DNA of 64,000 bases, from assembly GCA_910577015.1 (NCBI GenBank), contig CAJTKU010000001.1:185298-249297 (forward strand), given 5' to 3'. The stretch's first letter is position 1. Each line of letters starts with the position of its first letter. The stretch comes from an uncultured Lachnospiraceae bacterium. GTDB taxonomy: Bacteria; Bacillota; Clostridia; Lachnospirales; Lachnospiraceae. This document shows positions 46,323-55,246 of this stretch, piece after piece. The notes under the pieces are model-generated. The model was not told the origin of the DNA, ran no database searches, and saw only the letters and a program-made list of their open reading frames with translations. The position numbers were made by a program, and so were the translations under genes.

Positions 46323-46586
46323 CTATTCTGCCGGAAATTCAAAAACCTTGTTTTGCCGGTATGTTCCTGGTCTGATGGCTTGTGCGGCAATATCAAAGAA
46401 ATCTACCGTATAACACTCGTCTTTGTGCGCCTCGCAAAAATCTTTCAGCACGGTCAGGCACCTTTCTTTTGTCGGGTACTCTGCAATTTCTTCAAGGCAT
46501 CCGTCTGAAATACAGATTGTATGCCGTATCGTCTCGCCTTTTCCTTTGCGATCCACGCTTTCCTTATTTTGACTTACTATCAGCAT
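46323..46586 (-). CDS. Hypothetical protein (87 aa)
   Basis: ATG 46586 behind aaggagg. It overlaps the 3-prime end of the ParB-like gene by 23 nt. Confidence 0.5.
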   Translation of the reverse strand: MLIVSQNKESVDRKGKGETIRHTICISDGCLEEIAEYPTKERCLTVLKDFCEAHKDECYTVDFFDIAAQAIRPGTYRQNKVFEFPAE

Positions 46587-47940
46587 GGCTTTCCTCCTTA
46601 AATAAATCATGAGTACCCTCTGCCAGCTTGTAATATTCCTCCTTGCTATACGAAAAGCCGAACAAAGACAAGATTTCATCGAACTGCATAACCAGCTCTC
46701 CGGCTCCCTTGCGGTAAGTCGCATTCCATTCTGCAATGTCCTTGTCTGCGACTCCATTGGCGGCGTAAATCATCAGCTTATAGAGAAGTCCGATTGCATC
46801 ACGCTGCTTTTCATATGCGGCTTTTTCCTCGTCTGACTTATCATACAAAGAGGTTTCTCCGGTAATGAATCTCAGCATCACCTGCTCGCTCATCCATGAA
46901 CCGCACCCAACCATGACGCCAAACAGGCGCTCCATCACCGCCTCCAGCTTTTCGCTCTCAGGCTTAAACTTCTGCTCGATAGCCAGCTTTATGAAATCGG
47001 CCCGCTCTGCAGACATTTCTTTCTGCATGGCTTTAATCTGCCGCTTTCTCTTGTCCTGGGCCTTCTGTTTCATCTCATACTCGGACAGCTCACGCTTTTC
47101 TTTCCCTTTCTTCTTGATGATTGCGAACGTCCTCCACCAGACCACATAGAACAGCTCTTCCTTCGCCGCCTGCGTCTTGCACCCCAACTTATCCTTGACC
47201 TCCTTATCCAGCTCGAACTCCTTAACCTTTTCCCACTTTCCGCCGTACTGCTCATTCTCGGCGCCTTCCGGAGCAGGCTTGATTCCCTCGGCCTTACAGA
47301 GTTTGATATAGGCTTTCTCATGCTCTTTGCGTTTGATTTCCTCGTATGCACTTCTCGCTCTCTGCGCCAGGTTATTGGAGCTGGTGGACTCCTTCAGGAT
47401 TTTATCCCTAGTCTTTACATCCGGGATCTTCTCCAGCTCGTACAAATCCTTTAATGACAGCTGGAACCCCTCGTCTTTCTCCTTCTCCTGTAGCACTTTC
47501 CGGTTGAGCTTTGCGATGTTCAGCCGGTGCTTTACCGTTGTTCTGGAGAAACCGGTCTTTTCTGCGATACTTTCCTCCGTCTCTCCCAGGTCGAGCATCA
47601 TCTGGAAACCGTTCGCCTGTTCCCAAATCGTCAGATCATTACGCTGCATATTCTCTTCCAGCATAATTGACATCTGCTCCCTCGGAGTCAGATTCTCGGC
47701 AATCTGGCAAGGAAACTCTGCTACCCCTACCTGGATACCTGCCGCATATCTCCTGTGTCCGATGATTGTCATGTACTCTCCCGGCTCGCCCTCCACCGGA
47801 ATCACCGTCAAATTCTGCAGGATTCCATTCTTCTTAATGGACTCCGCCAGCTCCGTCAAATCTCCCAGGTCTTTCCTGGGATTCTCCGGATGCGGTCTGA
47901 TATGCTCAGCCGCAATGTAAATAATCTGTTTTTCCGCCAT
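46564..47940 (-). CDS. ParB/Srx-like nuclease domain protein
   Basis: 458 aa. IRPHPENPRKDLGDLTELAESIKKNGILQNLTV...IIGHRRYAAG is the ParB N-terminal domain. The long helical C-terminal part is not recognised. Confidence 0.8.
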   Translation of the reverse strand: MAEKQIIYIAAEHIRPHPENPRKDLGDLTELAESIKKNGILQNLTVIPVEGEPGEYMTIIGHRRYAAGIQVGVAEFPCQIAENLTPREQMSIMLEENMQRNDLTIWEQANGFQMMLDLGETEESIAEKTGFSRTTVKHRLNIAKLNRKVLQEKEKDEGFQLSLKDLYELEKIPDVKTRDKILKESTSSNNLAQRARSAYEEIKRKEHEKAYIKLCKAEGIKPAPEGAENEQYGGKWEKVKEFELDKEVKDKLGCKTQAAKEELFYVVWWRTFAIIKKKGKEKRELSEYEMKQKAQDKRKRQIKAMQKEMSAERADFIKLAIEQKFKPESEKLEAVMERLFGVMVGCGSWMSEQVMLRFITGETSLYDKSDEEKAAYEKQRDAIGLLYKLMIYAANGVADKDIAEWNATYRKGAGELVMQFDEILSLFGFSYSKEEYYKLAEGTHDLFKEESHADSKSK

Positions 47941-48004
47941 TCGTTTATCCTCCTATAATCCATTTTGATGGAACTGGCGGCACAAGGCCGCCGATTCCAT
48001 GATG

Positions 48005-48859
48005 TTATGATTTCTTGATGATGAAGCAGACGGGCACCCGATCCGCAATGGACGCGTGCAAGTTGGAGGCAAGGCCGTAGCCGGAGACAAGGCACGCAAG
48101 CGGAGAAAAGCCAGACCTCACGGACGCCAGCCACCAGATGCAGGTATCTTCGCCCTCCGCTGATCCCCTCATTCTGTTTCTGCGGTCCTTGTAGTATTCC
48201 ATCTGTTCATACATCCCTTCATCGCCATAGCAATCGTCCTCGTCAAATACCTCCGATGCTGAAGGCAGGAACAGATATGTATTGAAAGATACCGTTTCCC
48301 CATTCCGCAGCGTCTTTCTCTCTGCCAGAGAGATCACCTTCCTCAAATCCTCCGGTAACCGCTCAAACAGCCCCTTATTCAGATACTTGTGGATATCCGA
48401 ACCAGGATAGCCCAGCTGAGTACCGCCATTTTTATTCCATTCCACTTCCTCTCCTACGCAATCCCGGCTCTCGAACCGCACATACTCGTCCGTCACATCC
48501 GTAACCACCAGCGTAAAGCCCTGGCCGTCCACCGTGCTACCCTTCTTGTAATCCCCGACCTTGAACTCAACGCCAGACTTGATTGCACTGGCGATTTCTT
48601 CCCAGGTTCCCTGCAGTTCTCCACAGGTTCTCACGATTCCCGGCTTTCCGGCATTTTCCGCATCCTTTTCCTGCCGCACCCTTGCGTACCAGGCCATGTC
48701 GTTTTTCATCCTCTGCATCAGCTCGGCTTTTGCCTTGATGTTGGCCTCTTCCACTTCCTTGATGTGCTGGTAGAAAGCCTCACGCTCTCTCTGGATCGTC
48801 TCCGAACTGCCCTTTACCTTCAGCTCTTCATTCCCTGCTCTTACTCTCAATTCCTCCAT
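48005..48859 (-). CDS. Hypothetical protein (284 aa), coiled-coil N-terminus
   Basis: A strong SD precedes it. The C-terminal CIWWLASVRSG...RVPVCFII resembles a module common in Bacillota phage/accessory proteins; not assigned. Confidence 0.5.
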   Translation of the reverse strand: MEELRVRAGNEELKVKGSSETIQREREAFYQHIKEVEEANIKAKAELMQRMKNDMAWYARVRQEKDAENAGKPGIVRTCGELQGTWEEIASAIKSGVEFKVGDYKKGSTVDGQGFTLVVTDVTDEYVRFESRDCVGEEVEWNKNGGTQLGYPGSDIHKYLNKGLFERLPEDLRKVISLAERKTLRNGETVSFNTYLFLPSASEVFDEDDCYGDEGMYEQMEYYKDRRNRMRGSAEGEDTCIWWLASVRSGFSPLACLVSGYGLASNLHASIADRVPVCFIIKKS

Positions 48860-48933
48860 CGTTTTTCTCCTTTCGCTATTGCGTTTCTATTTATCCAAAA
48901 ATCTCGAAATTGCGAGATAGTCGGTCAAAAAAA

Positions 48934-49659
48934 TTACCTGCTGATGAACAGCTTTTCCGTAACCTGCACCGGATTCTTGTCTGCCTTTATCGTCCTTGAT
49001 ACCGGTTTACTCCAGATGCACTTAAAATCATCCGGTGCCGCGCTGCTGCTTATCAGCACGATATTCTCCGCACTCATTGCTCTTACCCACTGCCAAAATT
49101 CTCCATAGTCAAAACCCTTGCTTATTCCATACTCCTTTGTACCCTCATATGGAGGATCGCAATAGATAACCGCCCCTTGCGTGTTGAGCAACTTATAATC
49201 ACTACAGATAAACTCGACACCCTTTAAGTCCTCAGCCTGTTTTATCAGATTCCTCAATGCCTCTTCGTAGTAATTCCTTACCCCATTTTCTGTATGCACT
49301 ATTCCGGCATATCCCCCATCAAAGAACCGGCCATTATAGCTTGCCAGATACCCGATAGCTCCCACATACCATTTTTCATATATGCCGGTCTGCTCATAAA
49401 AGCACTTTCTCACTTCTGAGTAATGCTCTTTCGTAACAAATCCCGGCAGTTCTTCGAGCCTGTCAAGATTTCTGAGCAGCTCTATCAAGTGTTCCTGCTT
49501 ATCATGTGCAAACCTTTTCCTTGCATGGATTTTGTCTATGATATTGCATCCGCCACAGAATGGCTCTATGTACGCCCACGGTTGGTTATCATCTATATAT
49601 CTCTGGATGATAGGCACTATATGCCGGGCAACTTTACTTTTGCTACCCATGTACTTCAA
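48934..49659 (-). CDS. DNA adenine methyltransferase (Dam/D12 class)
   Basis: TTG start at 49659, 7 nt after ggaggg. KYMGSKSKVARHIVPI (AdoMet motif region) and the catalytic DPPY (VIYCDPPYEG). Confidence 0.88.
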   Translation of the reverse strand: MKYMGSKSKVARHIVPIIQRYIDDNQPWAYIEPFCGGCNIIDKIHARKRFAHDKQEHLIELLRNLDRLEELPGFVTKEHYSEVRKCFYEQTGIYEKWYVGAIGYLASYNGRFFDGGYAGIVHTENGVRNYYEEALRNLIKQAEDLKGVEFICSDYKLLNTQGAVIYCDPPYEGTKEYGISKGFDYGEFWQWVRAMSAENIVLISSSAAPDDFKCIWSKPVSRTIKADKNPVQVTEKLFISR

Positions 49660-49671
49660 TGCAAATCCCTC

Positions 49672-50439
49672 CTATGCCGTTGCCAGCTGTTTATTCAGCA
49701 GAGCATCGAACATTTTGAAACCGTAGATGAATCCCTGCATCTCTGCCTCGATTGCCACGCCGTAAAGGGCATCTTCCAGCCTATTGCTCTCCTGGGCTTT
49801 CAGCTGAGTGGACTTCATTACCTCGTAGAACTTCTGGTATTTCTCCGTCAGCTCCGTTATCTCCCGGCCCTCTACTGCCGGTCCAGTGATAAAACGGTTG
49901 AACATATCACAATATTCCTCGTACTCACTTCTCGGCTTTCCCTCCAGAAGAAACTCTCCGCCAGCCCCGACGCTCACAGCGGCTTTCTTTTCTGGATGAA
50001 ACCGCTCCTGGATCGCCTGGTCGAATCTCCTTATACCGTCTGCAACGTACTTGATTCCGCTGCCGTACTTTGCAACCATTTCCCGGTATTCCATGCAGGC
50101 GCTTTCCGTCATTTCATACATCGGATACGATTTCCTGTTTTTGTGGGAGCAGACAAACGAAGTGAGGAAATACCCCCTCTCTTTTCCGTCCGTTTCCTCC
50201 GAACACAGGAGCTTTGCTATCTGCTTGAATACTGCAGAATGTGTCCTCCCCAGCGCATCCGCCACTTCACGGCTTGTCATAGTTGCGCCCGGCTTTTCCT
50301 GCGGCTTTGCCTCTTTTACTTCCGGAGCTTTCAAAACAATCTCCACAATATCGCTCGCAGACACATTTCCGGCAATTCCTTTGATGCAGGCAGCGATTTT
50401 TTCCGCATCGTCATGCCCGATATTCAGTCTTATGCTCAT
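49672..50439 (-). CDS. Rha-like phage regulatory protein
   Basis: 255 aa. MTSREVADALGRTHSAVFKQIAKLL resembles the Phage_pRha HTH region. Confidence 0.5.
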   Translation of the reverse strand: MSIRLNIGHDDAEKIAACIKGIAGNVSASDIVEIVLKAPEVKEAKPQEKPGATMTSREVADALGRTHSAVFKQIAKLLCSEETDGKERGYFLTSFVCSHKNRKSYPMYEMTESACMEYREMVAKYGSGIKYVADGIRRFDQAIQERFHPEKKAAVSVGAGGEFLLEGKPRSEYEEYCDMFNRFITGPAVEGREITELTEKYQKFYEVMKSTQLKAQESNRLEDALYGVAIEAEMQGFIYGFKMFDALLNKQLATA

Positions 50440-50693
50440 GCCGCACTCTCCTTTCTGAGTAATTCCAGCAACGGATGCCAGGGTCTTGCCCCACGCAGGC
50501 GGCTGATGATCTTTTTCAAATCGACCTCCTGCTTATCTACCCACCGATAATCCTGGTACTTCCCTGCGCTTCTCTCGTTTACCGGCCTGTCGTGAAACCC
50601 GTCCGTGATCTTGAACCGTTCCGGCCTCTTTTCATCCTCGTTAAACGCCACATACTGCTTATTCCCGTGAATGCAGTAGCCAACAATCTTCAT
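50436..50693 (-). CDS. Hypothetical protein (85 aa)
   Basis: ATGA overlaps at both ends. Confidence 0.5.
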   Translation of the reverse strand: MKIVGYCIHGNKQYVAFNEDEKRPERFKITDGFHDRPVNERSAGKYQDYRWVDKQEVDLKKIISRLRGARPWHPLLELLRKESAA

Positions 50694-51397
50694 GTGCCCT
50701 GCCTCCCCTCGTACCGGTCATGAATAGAAATCGGATATTTCGATTTCGTGATCTCCCTGAACCTGCTGTCTGAGGTATAGAGGAAATTTCCGCCAGCCAT
50801 ATACCAGCGCTTAGGAAAATATGCAGGCTTACAGTCAATGTACTGCTCGCCGCAACAATTTCTCCATTCGATATATACGCACTGCCTTATATCCTCCGGC
50901 TCAAACGGCCCTTTCTGCTCTGCTAAGATATATAAATCGCTTGCGTGTGCAGAAATTCCGTTGTTGGTACAATCCCCCAGCTTGTTGTCCCGGTACACTC
51001 CCGCTGTAAGGCAGCTCTCAATGTCAAAATTTGTCCGCATCCAGTCCTGTACTTCATCCCTGTACTTGCATCCGGACCAAATCTCTCCTATATACACCAG
51101 CTCGTTGTCAAACTTCTGGATAATCCAGCAATCTCCGCCCACGGGAAGTACCGCCTGTAACTGGATATACTCCTTTCTTTCTCCGTCATACGCCACTTTC
51201 TTAACGCATGTCGGATTACTTTTCTCAGATACGCTATGCTGCTGGATGAACTTTTCCAGCGCTTTTTCCGCATACCCTTCCGGGACGTCCTCCGGATTGG
51301 TTGCCACATCCCCATGTTCCAGCACCCCGTACTTGTTGGAAATCTCCATCCAGGTACCCTCCATGTGCAGAACAAAGCCATCTTTTTCTACCCGCAT
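50690..51397 (-). CDS. Hypothetical protein (235 aa)
   Basis: ATG 51397 (MRVEKDGFVLHMEG) is 7 nt after ggagga. The longer ORF-track start overlaps the upstream gene. Confidence 0.5.
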   Translation of the reverse strand: MRVEKDGFVLHMEGTWMEISNKYGVLEHGDVATNPEDVPEGYAEKALEKFIQQHSVSEKSNPTCVKKVAYDGERKEYIQLQAVLPVGGDCWIIQKFDNELVYIGEIWSGCKYRDEVQDWMRTNFDIESCLTAGVYRDNKLGDCTNNGISAHASDLYILAEQKGPFEPEDIRQCVYIEWRNCCGEQYIDCKPAYFPKRWYMAGGNFLYTSDSRFREITKSKYPISIHDRYEGRQGT

Positions 51398-51399
51398 TG

Positions 51400-51639
51400 T
51401 CATTCCTCCTGTTCTCTCTTTTTCCTTTCCCTTTCTCGCCTTTCTGCTAATACCACATAGTCTCCGATATGGTAGCCATTGATGATGTTTACTGCCTCCA
51501 GCTCTGTGAGATTGCACCTGGCCTGTAATTCTATTCTCAGCTTTCGTCTATCTCCGATGTCCTGCAGACCGTTTGGAGGCAGAAGTCTCGCCCTGTCTCT
51601 ATATTCATTTGCGATTTTTCTGGTAAGAACTTCTGCCAT
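51400..51639 (-). CDS. Hypothetical protein (79 aa), basic C-terminus
   Basis: Fits the coupled gene array; no motif recognised. Confidence 0.45.
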   Translation of the reverse strand: MAEVLTRKIANEYRDRARLLPPNGLQDIGDRRKLRIELQARCNLTELEAVNIINGYHIGDYVVLAERRERERKKREQEE

Positions 51640-51642
51640 TCC

Positions 51643-51831
51643 TTATACCCTTTCCACATAATCAACGCTGTCCGTCTGGAAACCATTCTCTGCACAAAAA
51701 TCAATCCAACATTCCAGCAATTCCGGCAGATCATGCGCATCGAACTGCGTTTCATCGCCGTCATTAAACCCTATATTGTAGGTACCGCCTCCTGCCCGGA
51801 CGACACCTGCGGCTGCTTTTGCCAATGTCAT
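51643..51831 (-). CDS. Hypothetical acidic protein (62 aa)
   Basis: ATGA overlap with the upstream gene. Confidence 0.45.
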   Translation of the reverse strand: MTLAKAAAGVVRAGGGTYNIGFNDGDETQFDAHDLPELLECWIDFCAENGFQTDSVDYVERV

Positions 51832-52754
51832 TGTCCTGCCTCCTGCATTTCTTCCAGCTTTTTGATAACCAGCTTTAAGGCATACCTGGCATTATCTGTA
51901 AGCTGCCTCTGCCATGCCGACTGGCTCGGTGCCCAGCGGAAACCATTGCTCTTTAATACCTCCCGCACTTCCGGCTCAGGCTTTCCGTCAAAGAACAGCT
52001 GGAGCCTCATTGCCTCCGTATTCTCAACGATCTTGAAGAACTGATTTTCTGTTTCCAGCGTTCCTCTTTCCTTCGTGGCCTGCAATTCCTTTATGCGCCC
52101 CTCTATCCGGTGGATGTTGGCGTTATTATTCTGGAGGGCATAATCCGGATAACCAACCCTCCCGCAGAAGTCCGGCTCGCGCAAATCCTTAATCTGCTCG
52201 TCCGAATATCCCATGATTCTCAGCTGTTCATCGCCTTTCTCCGTATCTTTCAAGCGGACCGCCTTATTCGCCGCTTTCATGCGCTCCTGCATATCTTTCA
52301 GATTTTCCAGTTTTTCTTCCAGCCTTTCGATTGCGTCCTCGTCACTGGACTTAATCAGCTCCTTTCCGTGCAGGATGCTCTCCATTTTGCTGAGGATGCC
52401 CTGCGTTTCATTGAAAAACTGATGATTCTTGTCCCACGCCTGGTTCTGCTTTTCCTTTTTTCTCACAGGGAAATTCCCGGCACCGGAAATCATCACAGAC
52501 GGACACATACACCCGATATGTATATCCCGATTCATGTACTCTGCCATTCTCTTCGAGTACCTGCCCGCCATGCTATATACCCGGTCTGCCTGGTCCGGCC
52601 TCGCCTCCACAATTTGGTCTGCCAATTCATAGGCCCGGTCAACATATCCCTTGTACTCTGCCGTCTTGCTGCCCTCCTTGTAATCGCTGAAAGACATCAT
52701 CTGGTGCGCTGTCCTTGCAGATGCCTCATTGATACTGTAATAAACTCTCTCCAT
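51828..52754 (-). CDS. DUF3560-like protein
   Basis: 308 aa. The C-terminal RLQLFFDGKPEPEVREVLKSNGFRWAPSQSAWQRQLTDNARYA matches my recollection of the DUF3560 C-terminal module of phage/ICE proteins. Confidence 0.55.
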   Translation of the reverse strand: MERVYYSINEASARTAHQMMSFSDYKEGSKTAEYKGYVDRAYELADQIVEARPDQADRVYSMAGRYSKRMAEYMNRDIHIGCMCPSVMISGAGNFPVRKKEKQNQAWDKNHQFFNETQGILSKMESILHGKELIKSSDEDAIERLEEKLENLKDMQERMKAANKAVRLKDTEKGDEQLRIMGYSDEQIKDLREPDFCGRVGYPDYALQNNNANIHRIEGRIKELQATKERGTLETENQFFKIVENTEAMRLQLFFDGKPEPEVREVLKSNGFRWAPSQSAWQRQLTDNARYALKLVIKKLEEMQEAGQ

Positions 52755-52951
52755 TACGCTGTTTCCTCCAATCTTTCTCTGCGCTTTACCATGCGCACAT
52801 CACATTTTCCGTATGCCTGCAGGTTCTCCCGGTACTCCCGGAAAGAACGTCTTGCATCTTCCCTTGTGTACTCGCTGTTCTCCACTTCCCATCCGTATCC
52901 GTAATTCGTTTCAATATCCCAGCGATCCCTTGTCTTTCTCTGATATGCCAT
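52754..52951 (-). CDS. Hypothetical protein (65 aa)
   Basis: SD ggtggtg upstream. TAATG overlap with the downstream gene. Confidence 0.45.
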   Translation of the reverse strand: MAYQRKTRDRWDIETNYGYGWEVENSEYTREDARRSFREYRENLQAYGKCDVRMVKRRERLEETA

Positions 52952-52953
52952 AC

Positions 52954-53262
52954 CTACACCACCTTTAATGAAATAATGATATGCTCCAACGTGAAACTCT
53001 TGTCGCTGTCATACAGAGTACAGATGCCGCTTTCAAACTTCCAGAATGCCGCCTTACTCCAGCCCAGGTATGAACCCCTGCCATTGTTTGCCAGCGTTTC
53101 CCGGCTGTCCGGCTGATCCGGAATGATGCTATAGAACCCTGTGCTGTCAGCAACATTCACTCTCCTGCGCTGTCCTACGCATCCCTGCCGGGCATGGGCG
53201 ACAATTTCAAACTCTGCCCCCTTTACAAGCGTTCTCTTCAACTGCGCCAAATTCTTAACCAT
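52954..53262 (-). CDS. Hypothetical protein (102 aa)
   Basis: SD aggagg upstream. Confidence 0.5.
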   Translation of the reverse strand: MVKNLAQLKRTLVKGAEFEIVAHARQGCVGQRRRVNVADSTGFYSIIPDQPDSRETLANNGRGSYLGWSKAAFWKFESGICTLYDSDKSFTLEHIIISLKVV

Positions 53263-53272
53263 GCTTTTCCTC

Positions 53273-53614
53273 CTATTCCCATCCCGGCTGGCAATCTTCC
53301 GGAGCCGCCCACGGATGTTTTGCTATGTATCTTGCAGAGACTTCGCCCCTCCAGGCTTTCATCGTAAACCGATCATTCATCAGAATGTTGAATCTGGTGG
53401 TACCCATGAGAGCCTTTAACTCATTCCTCAGTACACTGATTTCATCGTTCATCTTTTCCAATGTCTGGTGGAGTCTGCTGCCTACATCGATTCCCCCTCC
53501 AAACCACATGGCCTCGTCTGCCATCAGCGTCGCCTCACACTCCAGGCCGTCATGCTCTGCGAATTTCTGTAATTCCGTCCTCGTCCACATGATTTTCTGG
53601 TGCATTCTCAGCAT
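53273..53614 (-). CDS. Hypothetical protein (113 aa)
   Basis: SD aaaaggag upstream. Confidence 0.5.
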   Translation of the reverse strand: MLRMHQKIMWTRTELQKFAEHDGLECEATLMADEAMWFGGGIDVGSRLHQTLEKMNDEISVLRNELKALMGTTRFNILMNDRFTMKAWRGEVSARYIAKHPWAAPEDCQPGWE

Positions 53615-53694
53615 ATAGCCACACTCCTTTTCGATTATGCGTTTTCAATCATCTCTCTAGCTCTCAACTGCGAGCTTTCGGGGTAAAAAAATAC

Positions 53695-53910
53695 TTAGTT
53701 CCAGTCCAGCTCTCTAAGTTCCTGGGCCTTATCTTCATGCCCATTACTCTCAAGCAACCAGATGTCAAACTGTACCGCCGCATCCCCAAATTCAACCCCG
53801 CAATCATTGAGGCTATACACTTCATACATCACTTCCTCTACCATCTGGCAGTTGCCGTTTGCTACCAAACTGCCACAATGCTCTGCACTTTCATCTGGCC
53901 TAATTTCCAT
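53695..53910 (-). CDS. Hypothetical protein; start unclear
   Basis: The 71-aa ORF has no SD at 53910. A 38-aa ORF with a strong SD (ATG 53978) overlaps it in another frame. See findings. Confidence 0.3.
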   Translation of the reverse strand: MEIRPDESAEHCGSLVANGNCQMVEEVMYEVYSLNDCGVEFGDAAVQFDIWLLESNGHEDKAQELRELDWN

Positions 53911-53995
53911 TCTGAGGACTCTATATCATGGCTATCTCTCTCGTTCAAAGCTGCTCTGTAATCGTTCATATCGTACATATCCTTACCTCCAAGTG

Positions 53996-54081
53996 CTTTA
54001 TTTGTTGTTTGATTATGTATATATTATACTTCGCAACTGCGAGTTTGTCAATAGTTTTACTTCTCAAAATACAAATTTTTT
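53996..54081. repeat. 86-bp promoter-operator cassette, copy 1
   Basis: Near-identical to 62414..62499. A 64-nt run is identical (54007-54070 = 62425-62488). Confidence 0.9.
54023..54051 (-). promoter_or_regulatory. Consensus sigmaA promoter TTGACA-N17-TATAAT with dyad in spacer (copy 1)
   Basis: The minus strand reads ttgaca aactcgcagttgcgaag tataat. An A/T-rich tract lies upstream. Confidence 0.75.
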
Positions 54082-54431
54082 CAGATTTTTCTCAGAATAA
54101 TCTCGTATCCAAGAGCCTTCGCCATCCGGTAAAAGCTGTCGTATCTCATGTTCACAGTTCCCCGGTTCAGCGTTTGGCTGACATTCTGCCTTACGCATCC
54201 CATCTTTTCCGCAAGCTCTTTCTGGTTCACATCCTCTCTTTCCATGATCTGCCGGATAGTGGCCGCTGCATTTTCTCCGCTCAACTCACCTTTCAGCTTT
54301 TTTACTGCCTCCCGGAGAGCCTCCGCATCAACCCTCCAAATATCTTCCGGATCGTCCTTGTCTATCATGCTTTCGCAATGCTCTGACAGGCTTTCCAGCT
54401 GTCTGATGATTTCCCCTATAGTCATACTCAA
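54081..54431 (-). CDS. XRE-family HTH protein (candidate phage regulator)
   Basis: 116 aa. The C-terminal half is IRQIMEREDVNQKELAEKMGCVRQNVSQTLNRG. The stop codon abuts promoter cassette copy 1. Start is TTG 54431 or ATG 54425. Confidence 0.7.
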   Translation of the reverse strand: MSMTIGEIIRQLESLSEHCESMIDKDDPEDIWRVDAEALREAVKKLKGELSGENAAATIRQIMEREDVNQKELAEKMGCVRQNVSQTLNRGTVNMRYDSFYRMAKALGYEIILRKI

Positions 54432-55243
54432 TTCTGCACCTTCTTTCCTCTCCTTTGTCGCGCCGCCACTTTTACTTTTGCAATCGCAACGCCCGCCCTC
54501 GTAAATTCCGCATTGGAAAACCTCAGATTGCTGCGATTCAGCTCCAGGTTCTCCTTGTTATCTATCAGCGCCAGATTATCAATATCGCAATTATCCTTAT
54601 TCCCATCCAGAAAACTTACCATCTTGCCCTCCGGGATCGGGCCGTTATGCTCTTCCCATACTTTCCGATGGACGAACTCGAATCGCTCCCGCTGTGTTCC
54701 TTGCTCCTGCACTTTCCGGATTAGATAACCGTCAGTGGTATGCGTGTACTCTCCGACCTCCATGTGATTCGCAGGAACATTTCCCTTATGAAACATCGTA
54801 GCCTTGCATTTCTCGTACTGCTCTGGACTCATTTTCTTCCCTTTGTTTGCAGGTTCGTCTCCCTCCTTAAACCGGCAATCCAGACCGCTTACAATGTCAT
54901 GGTTCTTTTTGTATGCCCTACACTGAGAGACAGAAAACTCTATGCCAAAATGCTCTGATACTGCTTTCGCGATTTCCCCGGCCTCTTTCCCCTCGGCAAT
55001 GCTCCGGATGTATTCCTCCATCCCCTCCGGGTATTTCGCAGAATATCCTTTCGGATTCCCCGTAGGTGTACCGCTTTTGAAACCATACCGGCTCTTTGCG
55101 CCCTTAACTATGCTCTCCGTGAATACCATGCCGTACTTCCTGTCATACCCCTGCTGGTTGATAAGGATTGTCAATTCCTTTGTGGTCCGGCCTGCGGTAT
55201 TCTCACGCATCCAGTCCACTACTTCTACCGGCCATTTCCACAT
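54428..55243 (-). CDS. HNH endonuclease (HNH_3-like) with N-terminal accessory domain
   Basis: 271 aa with HRKVWEEHNGPIPEGKMVSFLDGNKDNCDIDNLALIDNKEN. Confidence 0.8.
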   Translation of the reverse strand: MWKWPVEVVDWMRENTAGRTTKELTILINQQGYDRKYGMVFTESIVKGAKSRYGFKSGTPTGNPKGYSAKYPEGMEEYIRSIAEGKEAGEIAKAVSEHFGIEFSVSQCRAYKKNHDIVSGLDCRFKEGDEPANKGKKMSPEQYEKCKATMFHKGNVPANHMEVGEYTHTTDGYLIRKVQEQGTQRERFEFVHRKVWEEHNGPIPEGKMVSFLDGNKDNCDIDNLALIDNKENLELNRSNLRFSNAEFTRAGVAIAKVKVAARQRRGKKVQN

Positions 55244-55246
55244 CCG

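Noticed and set aside
49423-50550. Long plus-strand ORFs across the prophage-like region. Examples are 49423..50550 (375 aa), 58717..59577, 60958..61827, 48389..49108, 52110..52904 and 57490..58233.
   Set aside because: They lie antisense to tightly packed minus-strand genes that have SD sequences and recognisable domains. They have no SD of their own and give low-complexity L/F/S/R-rich translations typical of shadow ORFs.
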